Shown one piece after another: positions 28,007-38,212 of a DNA stretch of 64,000 bases. This DNA is from Candidatus Aldehydirespiratoraceae bacterium (GTDB lineage: Bacteria > Actinomycetota > Acidimicrobiia > Acidimicrobiales > Aldehydirespiratoraceae). Numbering within the stretch: position 1 is the first letter of the stretch; each line of letters begins with the position of its first letter. The stretch spans positions 195,260-259,259 of the forward strand of contig CBDEVU010000009.1 in the NCBI GenBank assembly GCA_965243715.1, in the 5' to 3' direction. Below the pieces are notes generated by a model. The model was not told the DNA's origin. It searched no databases and saw nothing but the letters and a program-made list of their open reading frames with translations. The translations under genes were made by a program, and so were the position numbers.

Positions 28007-29945
28007 GAGCGCCACGAGGCGTTCCCCAACCGTGCGATGGTGAAAGGACATCGCCTACAGCTCGTCGCAGCGAGCTGATTGAAGCTGAGGGCACCCTGAA
28101 CCGGGGAACGCCGGGGAGGGTGGAAGCAGCCCTGACAACGACGGGACGGGCCAGTACTGCCAGATGGTCCGGGTCCGGCTAGCAAGACGGAAAGGCGTAC
28201 GTGAGGAACCAGCGACTGAACGCTCCTCAAGAGACCCAGCGGCTCGAACCTGGTGGATCTGGGCTGTGTAGCAACGCGCACCCGCATGGCTTTGCTGTGC
28301 GGGGAACTCTCCGGTTGGGTGATGTCGCTGACCGGGAGGCCATGGTGAATGTCTGCGGTGTAGCCGTGGCGATGTTGCAGGGGAATAGCTGGGCGCCGAC
28401 CCCGTCGAATGGTTGGAGAGTGAACGTGGGAACCATCTTGTCGGTCCCGTCACCGGCCAGCAGCCTGCTGGTCGGCGGGAAGGTCCGTTGTCGGCTGATG
28501 CTGACGAGATGGGGCGGAGGACCCGTAGTAGTCCGAGGCCGGGAAAGCCGGTCACATGGCGAAGGGGTCCAGTGTGTTTGCAGCGGAACTGCTGATCCTG
28601 GCCGTTGCTTTGATGATGTGTTCAACCTCGTGTATGACCCGGCGTTTCTCACCGTTGCGTGGCGTCGGGTGCGGGGCAACAAGGGGGCACGAACTGCCGG
28701 AGTCGATGGAGTGACACCTCGCTCGATCGTCGCCGGTGTCGAGTCGATGTTGAACGGGCTGCGAGATGATCTCAAAGCCCGCCGGTATCGACCCAACGGG
28801 TGCGACAAAAGATGATCCCGAAAGGGGGCGGCAAGGTCCGTTCGCTGGGGATCCCGACTGTTGCAGACCGGGTCGTGCAGTCCTCGTTGAAGCTGGTGCT
28901 CGAAGCGATCTTCGAGGCGGACTTCAAGCCGTGTTCCTACGGTTTCCGCCCGAAGCGCCGAGCCCAGGACGCGATCGCTGAGATTCACTACCTCGGATCA
29001 CCCAACAGGAACTACCACTGGGTGTTCGAGGCAGATATCAAGGCGTGCTTCGATGAGATCGACCACACCGCCCTGCTGGGGCGGGTGCGAGATCGTGTCG
29101 GAGACAAGCGTGTTCTGGGTTTGGTGAAGGCATTCTTGAAGGCCGGTGTTCTCACCGAGGACGGCAGTCGACGAGCAACGATCACCGGCACACCCCAGGG
29201 CGGGATCCTCTTGCCGTTGTTGGCCAACATTGCCCTGTCCATCCTCGACGAGCACTTCACCCAAAAGTGGGAGAACCTCGGCCCGGAATGGACTCGTGTG
29301 AAGCGTCGCCGTGCCGGGGAACCGGTCATGAAACTTGTCCGCTACGCGGACGACTTCGTGGTCATGGTCCACGGAACCCGCGAGGATGCCGAAGCGCTAT
29401 GGGATGAGGTCGCGGCGGCGCTCGCTCCGATGGGTTTGCGCCTACCCCTCGAAGAAGTCATTGGCTTCGATCGTGGACAAGGTGCGGCGGTTGACCCGCC
29501 GAGCACAACATCGAACGCTCGCAGATCTGCTGCGCCGGCTCAACCCGGTGCTGCGGGGCTGGTGCACCTACTTCCGTCACGGAGTGTCGAAACGGATCTT
29601 CGGTTACATCGATCACTTCGCGTTCTGGCGCGTTGTCGGGTGGCTGAAGAAACGACACCTCGGACTGAACATGCACACCCTGGTTCGTCGCCACCTCCCA
29701 GGCTGGGAGATCAGCGACAACGGGATCGAAATGTTCAGGCCCAACCGGTTCGCCGTCGTGCGCTACCGATACCGGGGCACCAAAATCCCGACACCATGGA
29801 CAAGCGCAACCACAGGACAAACCGCACCAGCGGCATGAACACATGGAGAGCCGGATGCAGTGAAAGCTGCACGTCCGGTTCGGAGGGCGGGCCGCAGAAA
29901 CCCACCAGCAGAAACGCTGACAGGGCGCTGCGGTCCGACCCCTAC
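28007..29945 (+). mobile_element. Group II intron (defective) inside IS3 orfB
   Basis: GTGCG at 28032. 34-nt domain V GAGCCGGATGCAGTGAAAGCTGCACGTCCGGTTC at 29848..29881 (AGC triad, GAAA loop). Ends ...CCCCTAC at 29945. Contains the RT ORF. Exact 5' end lies between 28007 and 28032. Confidence 0.8.
28498..29838 (+). pseudogene. Group II intron reverse transcriptase/maturase, frameshifted with an internal deletion
   Basis: FNLVYDPAFLTVAWRRVRGNKGARTAGVDGVT; frameshift near 28795; RSLGIPTVADRVVQ, GFRPKRRAQDA, TPQGGILLPLLANI, YADDFVVMV. Then a jump (~45 aa missing) into the X/thumb frame SKKSLASIVDKVRRLTRR...LRGWCTYFRHG. Confidence 0.75.
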
Positions 29946-30451
29946 ACCTACGTGCCAACCTGGTCCGGGTTCGGCTACCTCGCCACCGTGCTCGACGTGT
30001 TCAGCCGCCGCATCGTGGGCTGGTCCTACGCCACCCACATGCGCACCGAGCTCATCATCGACGCCATCGACATGGCCATCGAAACCGGACGTCCACCCCG
30101 CGGTTTGATCCATCACAGCAACCAGGGAGCCCAATACGGAGCCATCGATTTCGGGCGAAGATGCCGCCGCGCTGGGATCGTGCTGTCGATGGGATCGGTG
30201 GGTTACTGCTACGACAACAGCATGACCGAATCGTTCTTCGCGACCCTCGAGTGCGAACTATTCGACCAGACCCGATTCCGCAACCACACCGACGCCCGCA
30301 CCGAAATCATGAGCTTCATCGACTGGTACAACCATCGCCGCCGACACACCCGCCTCGACAACCAATCACCCGTCCACTACGAACTACACCACCAACCCGC
30401 GGCTCACGCCGCATAGCCACCCGGTGTCAACCAAACCGGGTCAGCTCCAAC

Positions 30452-30782
30452 TCGACAGCGGTTGGTGGTCTGCCCATACGGGCAGCCGATGGCTGGGCCA
30501 GTGCCGGGCGATACGGTGGCGATGCCAGCGCAGCAGCGTGTCCGGGGTGATGAGCCAGCCTCGCCGGAGCCGACGGGGGAGGGCAGCGGCGACCGCGCCG
30601 AGAAGGGTCCTGTCGTCGTCATTGATGGCTGGTCGGTCGACTTGGCGGCGAAGCACGGCGAGGTGGTGGCGTAGCACGATGATCTCGAGGTCTTTCGAGC
30701 GTCCAGAACGGACTACGAGCCAGGCCAGAGCGGTCAGAAAGCGGTAGAGGATACGAAACACAAGGAACCAGGATGGCGGCAT
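30452..30782 (-). pseudogene. IS481-like transposase N-terminal fragment, target of the IS3 insertion
   Basis: SKDLEIIVLRHHLAVLRRQVDRPAINDDDRTLLGAVAAALPRRLRRGWLITPDTLLRWHRHRIARHW. Confidence 0.5.
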
Positions 30783-30916
30783 CGCCCCTAGTCAACGCCC
30801 ACGCGCCACTTTCCGGTCAGTACAGGCCCGAGTATTCAAACAAATTCGAGAATGGCGGCCCGAACATGGGGGCCGCGACGTCGGGCAGTTATCGCCGGTT
30901 CGACGTTCCCCTGAAT

Positions 30917-32381
30917 CTAGCCCGGTTGTTCTGCGAGAATCGATCGGCGTCGAGCGGCTGCCTTCAGTTCCGCCATCGCCCAAGTGAAGCTCGGATGCGA
31001 GAGAACGGCAGCCTCGCAGTCTTGCTGCGTAGCGCCCAGTTCGAAGAGCACCAGACTCCGGATGATCCAACGAATTGCCTCTGCGAAGAAGTAGCGCTCG
31101 GGCGTTTGAAGGGCTCCCCTAGATCCGTGTGAGAGTCCGCCCCTAGTGCTCGCCAGCATTCGAGCGAAATCTGCTTGAGCGTCGATGACGCTTGCCCCGA
31201 TTCCTCCTGAGTGATCGACGAGGTTCTGGATCTTCTCCTTGAGCGTCTTGTCGTTCCGGGCGCGGAGCAGAGCTTCGGCCCACTCGCGGTCGTCGGAGTT
31301 GACCCCAGCGCTCTGCGAGCGCAGCGACCACCTGTGCGACCCGTTGCTTGTGCTCTGGCTTCGACTTCTGCTTGCCGTCGCACAGTGCCCGGTGGGTGGC
31401 CTCGGCGCTCCAAAAGGAGCTGACGAATCTGAACTCATCGAAGATAAACGATGAGCGGTATGGGGCGCTGAGAGTCGTAATCGCTGGGCCTAGATCGCCG
31501 TTAAGAAGTGCGAACCAAGCTGGCAGCAGTTGGTCGAAACTCAACGGCCCTTGTCTGGCGTGGCGATCGAGAAAGCGGTCGGATGCAACCGTTTGATGGT
31601 GGCTGGGAGGTTGGACGAAGTCTGCGACGAGCCAGACGTCGGGTTCCCGCTCGTCCGAACCTGCCACTCTCAGACTCATCGACTCGAGCCGCACGCTGTG
31701 AGCAGTGAGCAGGACCATGAGGTCCCAAAGCGGACCCAGAAATCGCTCGCCGATTGATTCAAATGAGGATGGCGATTGGAGCAACACATCGAGAGTGACT
31801 ATTCTCTCGAGTTCGACACGAGACGGACCGGCGACCCCTACTGTTCGCGCGGTCAATTCCACGGTCGCGTCGGCGAGGTCTGCCGTCTCCAAAGTCACTT
31901 GCCGGATCGGGCCCTCGCTACCCCCCTCGTCGTCGAGTATCGATGGCGTCGGTCGCCAAGCTGAAAGACAGTCGAAGCAAAACGACACCGATTCGAATAG
32001 GTCGGTGGCGTCGAGATGACCACCGACAATAACGCCCCGAACTGAGTACGTCTCAGTACCACCGACGACGGCCTCAAATGGCTGCTGGAGCACCAGACCG
32101 TTGGCGTCGAGAACTGTCAGCATCTCCTCGCCTTCGGTGCGGATGGCGGTGCCGTGAACCACCGGATACGAGACGCGTGTTGTGGAGGCGCGAATGGCAA
32201 CCGTGTCTGAAAGTTCCAGCGGTGCGAGCTGGCCGCAAACATTGAGGCGAATACCTTCGGGTGATCGCCTTAGCGTGCCAGCAACACGGTGGTCGGGCCG
32301 TTGAGGCAGCCAGAACGTCCCGGAGACGTCCAATGCGTCGACGTCATGTGCTCTGGTTCTGCCGTTTGACTCGTTGAGCAT
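30917..32381 (-). pseudogene. ApeA-like N-terminal domain plus HEPN protein gene, one frameshift near 31305
   Basis: 412-aa frame is good to ...KQRVAQVVAALAE. The 173-aa frame continues SAGVNSDDREWAEALLRARNDKTLKEKIQNLVDH...MLASTRGGLSHGSRG (Rx4H) ...FFAEAIRWIIRSLVLFELG. Confidence 0.55.
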
Positions 32382-32522
32382 CTCATGCCGCCGTCTCGAG
32401 AAAGTGTCCGACCGCCCGTGCCACTAGGCGCGGGAGCGAACACGTCCCTCCGACACTAATCGATTCATCTGAGATCGACCCCGCTGCCAGACGCTCGCAG
32501 CGGTCTTGGCCCACGGGCCGTG

Positions 32523-33446
32523 CTAATCGATGACTCGGTACATTGCACTTCCGGTTTCTGCGGCGTGGCGGCGCTTTCGTTCGAGAACTTCGTCGAAAGC
32601 GACCCTGCCTTCGAGAATTGGGAAGAGGTCGGAGCCGTCCATGAGGATGAGCGGTGTCTGCGGTTGCGAGTGTTGCTGGACAGCTCCGTCAGTGAATCCT
32701 GAAACCGAGACACACAGGCCGAGCGTGTTTCGTGCCTTGCCGTCGACCTTGACTTTGAAGTCGTTGACTTCCTTCGGCCCGAGTGGTGCGGTCCACCATC
32801 GCGCTTCGAGGATGTAGTGGTCGGTGTGGAATGTGAATGCGCCGTCGACTTGTTCGTGGTCGAGGGTGTAGGCGGCGCGGGGGTTGAGGTCCCATAGCTC
32901 AAAGAGTTGGTTGAGAAATGATTCGAACTCGTAGCCCCGAGCATGCGGGTCTTCGGATGATTGATGCATGGCCAAGAAGTGTTGCCGAAGCTCGTCAAGT
33001 CTTTTCTCGTGTAGCTGTTGGGCGGCGCGCCTCGTGATGGCTTCGGCTGCTTCGTCGCGTGCGGCCTGGCGTGATGCCGCGAGTTCTGAGTATTGCTCGG
33101 TGACCTGTTGGACCACGTGGAGCGCATGGACGGCCTCGGCGACCTTTTCGGCGCCGTCCTCGAGACGTGCCAGATGGGGGAAGTCCGGGTCGACTTCAGC
33201 GAGTGCAATGAGGGCGTCGATCACTACTCCTTGATGTTTCTGCTCGTTGAGACGGAGGGCCATGATCAGCTGGCTCGTTGCTTCGCGCTTGGTGCCGTCG
33301 AAATTCACGCGGGTGATGGCCTCGGGTGCGTCGACGAAGCGGGCTCGTACGAGGGTTTGGAAGTCGTTCTTGTACCAGTGATATGTGCGGAGCGCGTCGG
33401 CGAGCGCGGTCCATGCGGTTTCGGTGAGTTTCTTGAAGGCTGTCAT
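32523..33446 (-). CDS. Mrr-like restriction endonuclease-domain protein with helical N-terminal domain; third gene after gajA/gajB
   Basis: ARGYEFESFLNQLFELWDL...EQVDGAFTF..HYILEARWW...GLCVSVSGFTDGA (Mrr_cat-like pattern, E-A-R in place of E-x-K). ATGA overlap with the gajB stop. Confidence 0.6.
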   Translation of the reverse strand: MTAFKKLTETAWTALADALRTYHWYKNDFQTLVRARFVDAPEAITRVNFDGTKREATSQLIMALRLNEQKHQGVVIDALIALAEVDPDFPHLARLEDGAEKVAEAVHALHVVQQVTEQYSELAASRQAARDEAAEAITRRAAQQLHEKRLDELRQHFLAMHQSSEDPHARGYEFESFLNQLFELWDLNPRAAYTLDHEQVDGAFTFHTDHYILEARWWTAPLGPKEVNDFKVKVDGKARNTLGLCVSVSGFTDGAVQQHSQPQTPLILMDGSDLFPILEGRVAFDEVLERKRRHAAETGSAMYRVID

Positions 33447-35065
33447 GTCGTGGGTTGCTCGCTGGAATAGTGCCGGAGAGGTGCGATGAGGGGGTGTGGC
33501 TGCTCGCCGAGAATGATGGTGACGTGGCTCCTTGCTCGGGTCAGGGCCACGTATAGGAGGCGGGAGCTAGATTCGTAGGGTTCCGAATCGCGACCGAAGT
33601 ATTCGCCGTCGCGAAAGACGAGGATGGTGGCGTCCGCTTCTCGCCCCTTTGTCTGGTGCAGGTTCATGACTTGCACGGGCCCCCGTGCGTCTTCGTTGAT
33701 ACCGACGAGTGAGTTGGCCCCGTTCTGCTCCAGACCGGCTCTCGTATCGTCGATCCAGGAATTGCCCGTCCGCGAGGGGTGCGAGGCGGCGGTCGCTTTG
33801 AAGACTTCCGCGGCGCGGGCCCACTGCTGGTTTCCGGTCGTGATCCCGAGGCGCGGCCAAATCTCAGCCGCTAGCTGCAACGCCGCTACTGGTTCATCGC
33901 AGGCATCGCAGTCGGCGGCCAGCTCTGCTAGGCGTGCTTCCACAGCTGCGGGTCGGGGTTCGTTCCCGCAGAGCATCCGTGCGAGGCGCGGCGGTTCCTT
34001 CGAGCGACTGAGGGATGCGGCGAGTACACCAAGGCGAAACTCGACCGCATCCCAGGTTCGCAGGCCGTAGATGTAGCTGAGGCTTTCTACCATTACCTGA
34101 AGGGATTGACCGAACGCCTCGGGAAATCCGACAGCGACGTTGGCCACGCCGCACGATGTCAGGTTTGCCGACAGCTCCGCCGCGGGGCCGTTGCCGTGTA
34201 CGTAGATTCCAAACGAGGCATCGCCGTGACCCTTCCGGATCGCGATCGTGTCGGCGACTACCTGACCGCTGGCGTCGAACGAAACGCCTGACAGGACTGT
34301 TAGGCGATTCTGGTTGATCGCTGTGGAGACTTCCGGCACCTCGAATTGTCTCTCGCGGATCTTGGCGGCTGCGGTTGGAAGTATCTGTGAGGGGTCGCGG
34401 TGTGACGCGGGCTGGAGTTGGACGATCCGGGCTTCGGGCCGAGCCAGCGCCGCGCTGAGGCGGTGTGCGCCGACGCCTGCTACAAAGCCGTCGTAGATGA
34501 GCTGGTGGGGGTCGGCCAGGAGCAGTAGTCGAGCTGGGGGAGCGAGGCATTCGATGAGCTGCCAGTGATCGTCGCCGGTGTCTTGGAATTCGTCGCAGAT
34601 GATCATTGGCCAACGCTCGGTGAGGAGTGAGCGAACGAAGTCGTTGGTGAGCACTCGTAGGCAGCCGGGGAGGAGATCGTTGAACCGAAGTGCCGGCCCG
34701 TCGTTGGCGCGCATGCGCGCCTCGGCCTCCCCGATGAGCGGAGGTGGGGTTGGGCCGAATCCTGCGTATTGGCCGAAGTCCATGATCATCCGGTAAGCGA
34801 ATCCGTGGAACGTCATGATTTCGACGCGGTCGTCGAGGCTATCGAGTACCGGTCCCGCACGATCAAGGATTTGGGCTACTGCGGTGCGGGAGAATGTGAG
34901 GAAGAGCACTCGTTGGTGGGGGGCGGCTCGATGTTCGATTTCCGCCCGGGCCGCGTAAAGCGCTGCGGTCGTCTTGCCAGTCCCGGCGCTCCCATACGCG
35001 ATCAACGTGGGGTCCATTGAGTTGACTATCTCGTTTTGGGTGTCCGTGAGCTGCGGACCTTTCAT
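33443..35065 (-). CDS. gajB: UvrD/PcrA-like SF1 helicase, Gabija GajB-like
   Basis: GSAGTGKTT, MIICDEFQDT, LHQTKGREADATILVF, LYVALTRARSHVTII. 4-nt overlap with the upstream OLD-family gene. Confidence 0.8.
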   Translation of the reverse strand: MKGPQLTDTQNEIVNSMDPTLIAYGSAGTGKTTAALYAARAEIEHRAAPHQRVLFLTFSRTAVAQILDRAGPVLDSLDDRVEIMTFHGFAYRMIMDFGQYAGFGPTPPPLIGEAEARMRANDGPALRFNDLLPGCLRVLTNDFVRSLLTERWPMIICDEFQDTGDDHWQLIECLAPPARLLLLADPHQLIYDGFVAGVGAHRLSAALARPEARIVQLQPASHRDPSQILPTAAAKIRERQFEVPEVSTAINQNRLTVLSGVSFDASGQVVADTIAIRKGHGDASFGIYVHGNGPAAELSANLTSCGVANVAVGFPEAFGQSLQVMVESLSYIYGLRTWDAVEFRLGVLAASLSRSKEPPRLARMLCGNEPRPAAVEARLAELAADCDACDEPVAALQLAAEIWPRLGITTGNQQWARAAEVFKATAASHPSRTGNSWIDDTRAGLEQNGANSLVGINEDARGPVQVMNLHQTKGREADATILVFRDGEYFGRDSEPYESSSRLLYVALTRARSHVTIILGEQPHPLIAPLRHYSSEQPTT

Positions 35066-36786
35066 ATCTGTTTCAGCCCCTTTTCTCCGTTCAGTACCGA
35101 GTTGATGACGCCCGCCAGGACCTTGACAACGAGAGCGGGCACAACCCTCTCCGGCAGAGCGTCGACGAAAGCTTGGTGGAGGCCGCCACTACCGGATTTC
35201 AGTATGTGGCTGATGGCATGACGCTCGAGTTCTGGCCGCTCCATGCCATCGGTCGACGGTACTTTCAGCTCGAATCCTCGGGCGACAGCAGTGAGAGCAG
35301 AAGCGATGTCGTCATCGTTGAGACCGTCGAGAAGCGCCCGTTCGATCGCCATTCCGAGAGGTAGACGAAGGACGACATCGCAATTCGCTTCTAGAAGGCT
35401 GAGTGCGCGTGCGGCCTCAGCGTCATCCCGATCCCAGTCGAGGATCCCAACAGTGACGAAACCGAGGCCTCGTGCGAGCGCAGTTACCTTCCACATGTGG
35501 TCCTTGCCGCCGCCGTCGACGAATTCGATCCGGTGAGCGATGGGCGGTGATGAGCCGTCGATTGACTCGAGGCGTCTGCTGACAGCATTGAAAGACGAGA
35601 CGTCGTGTGGGCCCTCGCAGACGACGACAGAGCGGGCCGTCATCGCGGGGAGGAGCTGTAGCTGGAAGTGACGCGTGGCACCGCGGGTGGTCTTGTCTCT
35701 TGTTCGATCGGGCTGGTGGCAAGCGCGATTGGCGCCTTGCCCAGTGAGGCGGACGAGATCCTCTACTGCGAACGAGCGCGCGACCTCAGGTCTGCGGGTG
35801 GAGACCCAGGCTTGGCCGACCTTCTGCCGGAACAGCGATGCCAGGCGGGCGCTAGCGGGGCCATCCAAGCCATCCCCGAAGTCATCCACCGCGACGACTG
35901 CGTCGCCGCTGTGGGCCCACCAGATCGCCTCAGAGGTCGAGAGCAACGACCGAAGCGTGGATCCGTGTCGGTGGAGCGGCAGGTGTCCCGCTCCTTCGCC
36001 AAGATCCAGGGCCGCAGTGAGGCTGCGGAGAAGGCCACTAACTGCACCCCCTTCCGGTAGAAACCTCACAACCTTGGAAGCGTCGGCGTCCAGTCCGAGT
36101 GGTTCCCGCAAGGAGCTGAGAACCTGATCGAGGCCGGCCACGATGGCGGGATCGGCAGATAGTTCGGCAGAGAGACCATCAACTCCGTCAGCGAGTCGCC
36201 GGATGGCTTCGAGCACGTCCTCGCTTCCACTGGACTCGAGCATTGCTCGAAAATCACCTTCGGAGCGGACCGCCAGAGGCTCGCGCTGTCGAATCGCTCG
36301 GAACGGGAGAGCGACTCGGTCGTCACGCGCTACGCGGTTGGCGTTTGCCCCAGAATTGGCAAGACGCTTGACATACTCGACGCGCTGTTCGCCGCGTTCC
36401 TCAATATGGTCCCATGTACAGGTCCAACGAAGCCGCAGGGCTGGCTCGTGGTCGGCAACGTCGCCTGTCAGATCAGCCGCTTCCACGATCTGACCAACCC
36501 CTGGATCCCACGGTTCGAGCCTGCGAAGGAATCGTTGTCGTAGGGCCTCGTCTAGATCCGTAAGTGTCACCTCGATTCGGACTTCCCGATCCAGGTCACC
36601 GCCATGAAAGTCCCACTCTCGGACCTGCCAACGAGTCGCATCCACATGAAGGACTCGCTCCAGAGCCAATATCACGTCGGATCGGCCGGCCCGAGGCTCG
36701 CCCACCAATGCGACATGCCCTCTTGGGCGTATCACTATCGAATCGAAACCGCGAAACCCATCGATGTATAACTCTTCAACCCGCAC
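35062..36786 (-). CDS. gajA: OLD-family ATPase-Toprim nuclease, Gabija GajA-like (class 2 OLD)
   Basis: 574 aa. N-terminus LYIDGFRGFDSIVIRPRGHVALVGEPRAGRSD (divergent P-loop). C-terminal Toprim VVVCEGPHDVSSF ... GILDWDRDD. Confidence 0.75.
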   Translation of the reverse strand: MRVEELYIDGFRGFDSIVIRPRGHVALVGEPRAGRSDVILALERVLHVDATRWQVREWDFHGGDLDREVRIEVTLTDLDEALRQRFLRRLEPWDPGVGQIVEAADLTGDVADHEPALRLRWTCTWDHIEERGEQRVEYVKRLANSGANANRVARDDRVALPFRAIRQREPLAVRSEGDFRAMLESSGSEDVLEAIRRLADGVDGLSAELSADPAIVAGLDQVLSSLREPLGLDADASKVVRFLPEGGAVSGLLRSLTAALDLGEGAGHLPLHRHGSTLRSLLSTSEAIWWAHSGDAVVAVDDFGDGLDGPASARLASLFRQKVGQAWVSTRRPEVARSFAVEDLVRLTGQGANRACHQPDRTRDKTTRGATRHFQLQLLPAMTARSVVVCEGPHDVSSFNAVSRRLESIDGSSPPIAHRIEFVDGGGKDHMWKVTALARGLGFVTVGILDWDRDDAEAARALSLLEANCDVVLRLPLGMAIERALLDGLNDDDIASALTAVARGFELKVPSTDGMERPELERHAISHILKSGSGGLHQAFVDALPERVVPALVVKVLAGVINSVLNGEKGLKQI

Positions 36787-36801
36787 TGGCTGTCCTCCAC
36801 C

Positions 36802-38082
36802 TCATCGTGGCCCTTGTGGCCCGGATCTTGGGTGTGTCTCCGACGGCCGGTGCCATAGGGTGCTGGCCGGTAGGGCCCAAATTCGATCGTCGAGTTGGAA
36901 TGGGATCGGTCCTGTGTAGATGATGGCTCCGTAGTGGAACGCGTCTCCTAGTTTGTCTCGCAGCCAACGCAGGCCCTTTGCGTCGTGATGGTCGACTTGG
37001 GTTGAGGATTTCACTTCGAGCCCGACGATCTGTCCGCGTCTTTCGAGAACGAGGTCGACCTCGTTGCCGTCGCGATTTCGAAGGTGGAATAGTTCGGTTG
37101 GGTGTTCAACTGTTTCGATGTGGGTGCTCAGCTCGGTGGCGACGAACGTTTCGAAGAGCTGACCGACGAGGGTGGCGTCGCGTTCAAGGGCTGCGGTGTC
37201 GAGGTTGAGTAGATGCGTGGCAAGTCCGGGATCGGCGATGTGGATCTTTGGTGATCGGTTTAGCCGCAGAAGGCGTTTGGTGTGCCAGGCCGGTACTCGG
37301 ATGATGATTGAGAGGTCCTCGAGAAGTGTGATGTAGTTGTCGGCGGTGCCCTTGGCGACGTCTGCATCGCGGGCTGTGGCCTCCTTGTTCAGTTCCTGCG
37401 CGGTTCGGGCGACGCATGATGTCAGCACGGCCCGCAGCTTTCTTGGCCGTGGGTTTGAGCCCGCTACTTGTGCTGCGTCTCGGTCGACGAGTTGCTCGAT
37501 GTAGCTATTGAACCAGCGTGAACGGCCTCGGTCGGATCGTTGGACAACGTCGGGGAATCGGCCGGCGACTATTCTGTTGAGGTAGTCGTGCCGGTTGAGG
37601 TCGGAGCGCCCGAAGCTCGGGGGTTCGTCCGCGAAGAAGGCGTCAATGGGGTTGTAGGTGTTGTTGTGTTCGAGTTCGCCTTGGGTCAGCCCGAACATCC
37701 GCACCCGAATAAGTCGTCCTGTGCCTGGCCACGTTGCAGCTTGATGGGCGGCACGCACTGAACCTGTCACGATGAAGCGCCCAGCGACCCCCGAGAGGTC
37801 TGCATCGATGGCACGCTTGACGGCCCCGAGAATCTCCGGCGATTCCTGCCATTCGTCGATCAGTACCCGTCCTGGAGCATTGGCGAGGATGCCGTCGGGG
37901 TCTTCCTTGGCCGCTGTCCGCACGCCGGGGATTGACAAGTCCAAAACTGTGTCCGCGAACTGGAGCATCGAGGTTGATTTCCCACAACCACGGGGGCCCA
38001 CGAGCAGGACGGCCGGGAACTCAGGTAGGAGCTCGTCGGCTATCAGGCGATCGACGACGCGGGGAAATAGGCGCTGAACCAC
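36802..38082 (-). CDS. COG1373-type AAA ATPase with DUF4143-like C-terminal PD-(D/E)xK-like region
   Basis: VLLVGPRGCGKST Walker A, VLIDEWQ Walker B, C-terminus LRNRDGNEVDLVLERRGQIVGLEVKSS. Ends 15 nt before the gajA start. Confidence 0.75.
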   Translation of the reverse strand: MVQRLFPRVVDRLIADELLPEFPAVLLVGPRGCGKSTSMLQFADTVLDLSIPGVRTAAKEDPDGILANAPGRVLIDEWQESPEILGAVKRAIDADLSGVAGRFIVTGSVRAAHQAATWPGTGRLIRVRMFGLTQGELEHNNTYNPIDAFFADEPPSFGRSDLNRHDYLNRIVAGRFPDVVQRSDRGRSRWFNSYIEQLVDRDAAQVAGSNPRPRKLRAVLTSCVARTAQELNKEATARDADVAKGTADNYITLLEDLSIIIRVPAWHTKRLLRLNRSPKIHIADPGLATHLLNLDTAALERDATLVGQLFETFVATELSTHIETVEHPTELFHLRNRDGNEVDLVLERRGQIVGLEVKSSTQVDHHDAKGLRWLRDKLGDAFHYGAIIYTGPIPFQLDDRIWALPASTLWHRPSETHPRSGPQGPR

Positions 38083-38212
38083 CCCAGAAGCTTACCGCAC
38101 CGCCGCACAAGTTGACTGATATGCGGAGCGGTAATTGACCGATCTGCGGAGACCGAACTGTCTGATCGGACGAATGAACACTGAGCGGCGTACCTGACAT
38201 GGCGGTGAATCA

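Larger units (their letters stand above)
27301..30451 (+). mobile_element. IS3-family insertion sequence (decayed), interrupted by a group II intron
   Basis: 29-bp terminal inverted repeats, 28/29 match: 27301..27329 gttggagttgacccggtttggttgacacc and 30423..30451. OrfA-like PYPPEYRAEL/VRLVREEGRSPSELAREFEPSGQSITNWVAQAE, frameshifted and deleted. OrfB LWVVDI (to 28006) resumes TYVPTWSGFGYLATVLDVFSRRIVGWS...YCYDNSMTESFF...NHRRRHTRLDNQSPV at 29946. Confidence 0.8.

Noticed and set aside
28800-30416. 538-aa ORF that looks like an RT-transposase fusion protein
   Set aside because: It is an artefact. After the RT palm domain the frame is wrong for the maturase (the true X domain is in the 29335..29838 frame). 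It then happens to run in frame into IS3 orfB exon 2 past the intron 3' end at 29945.
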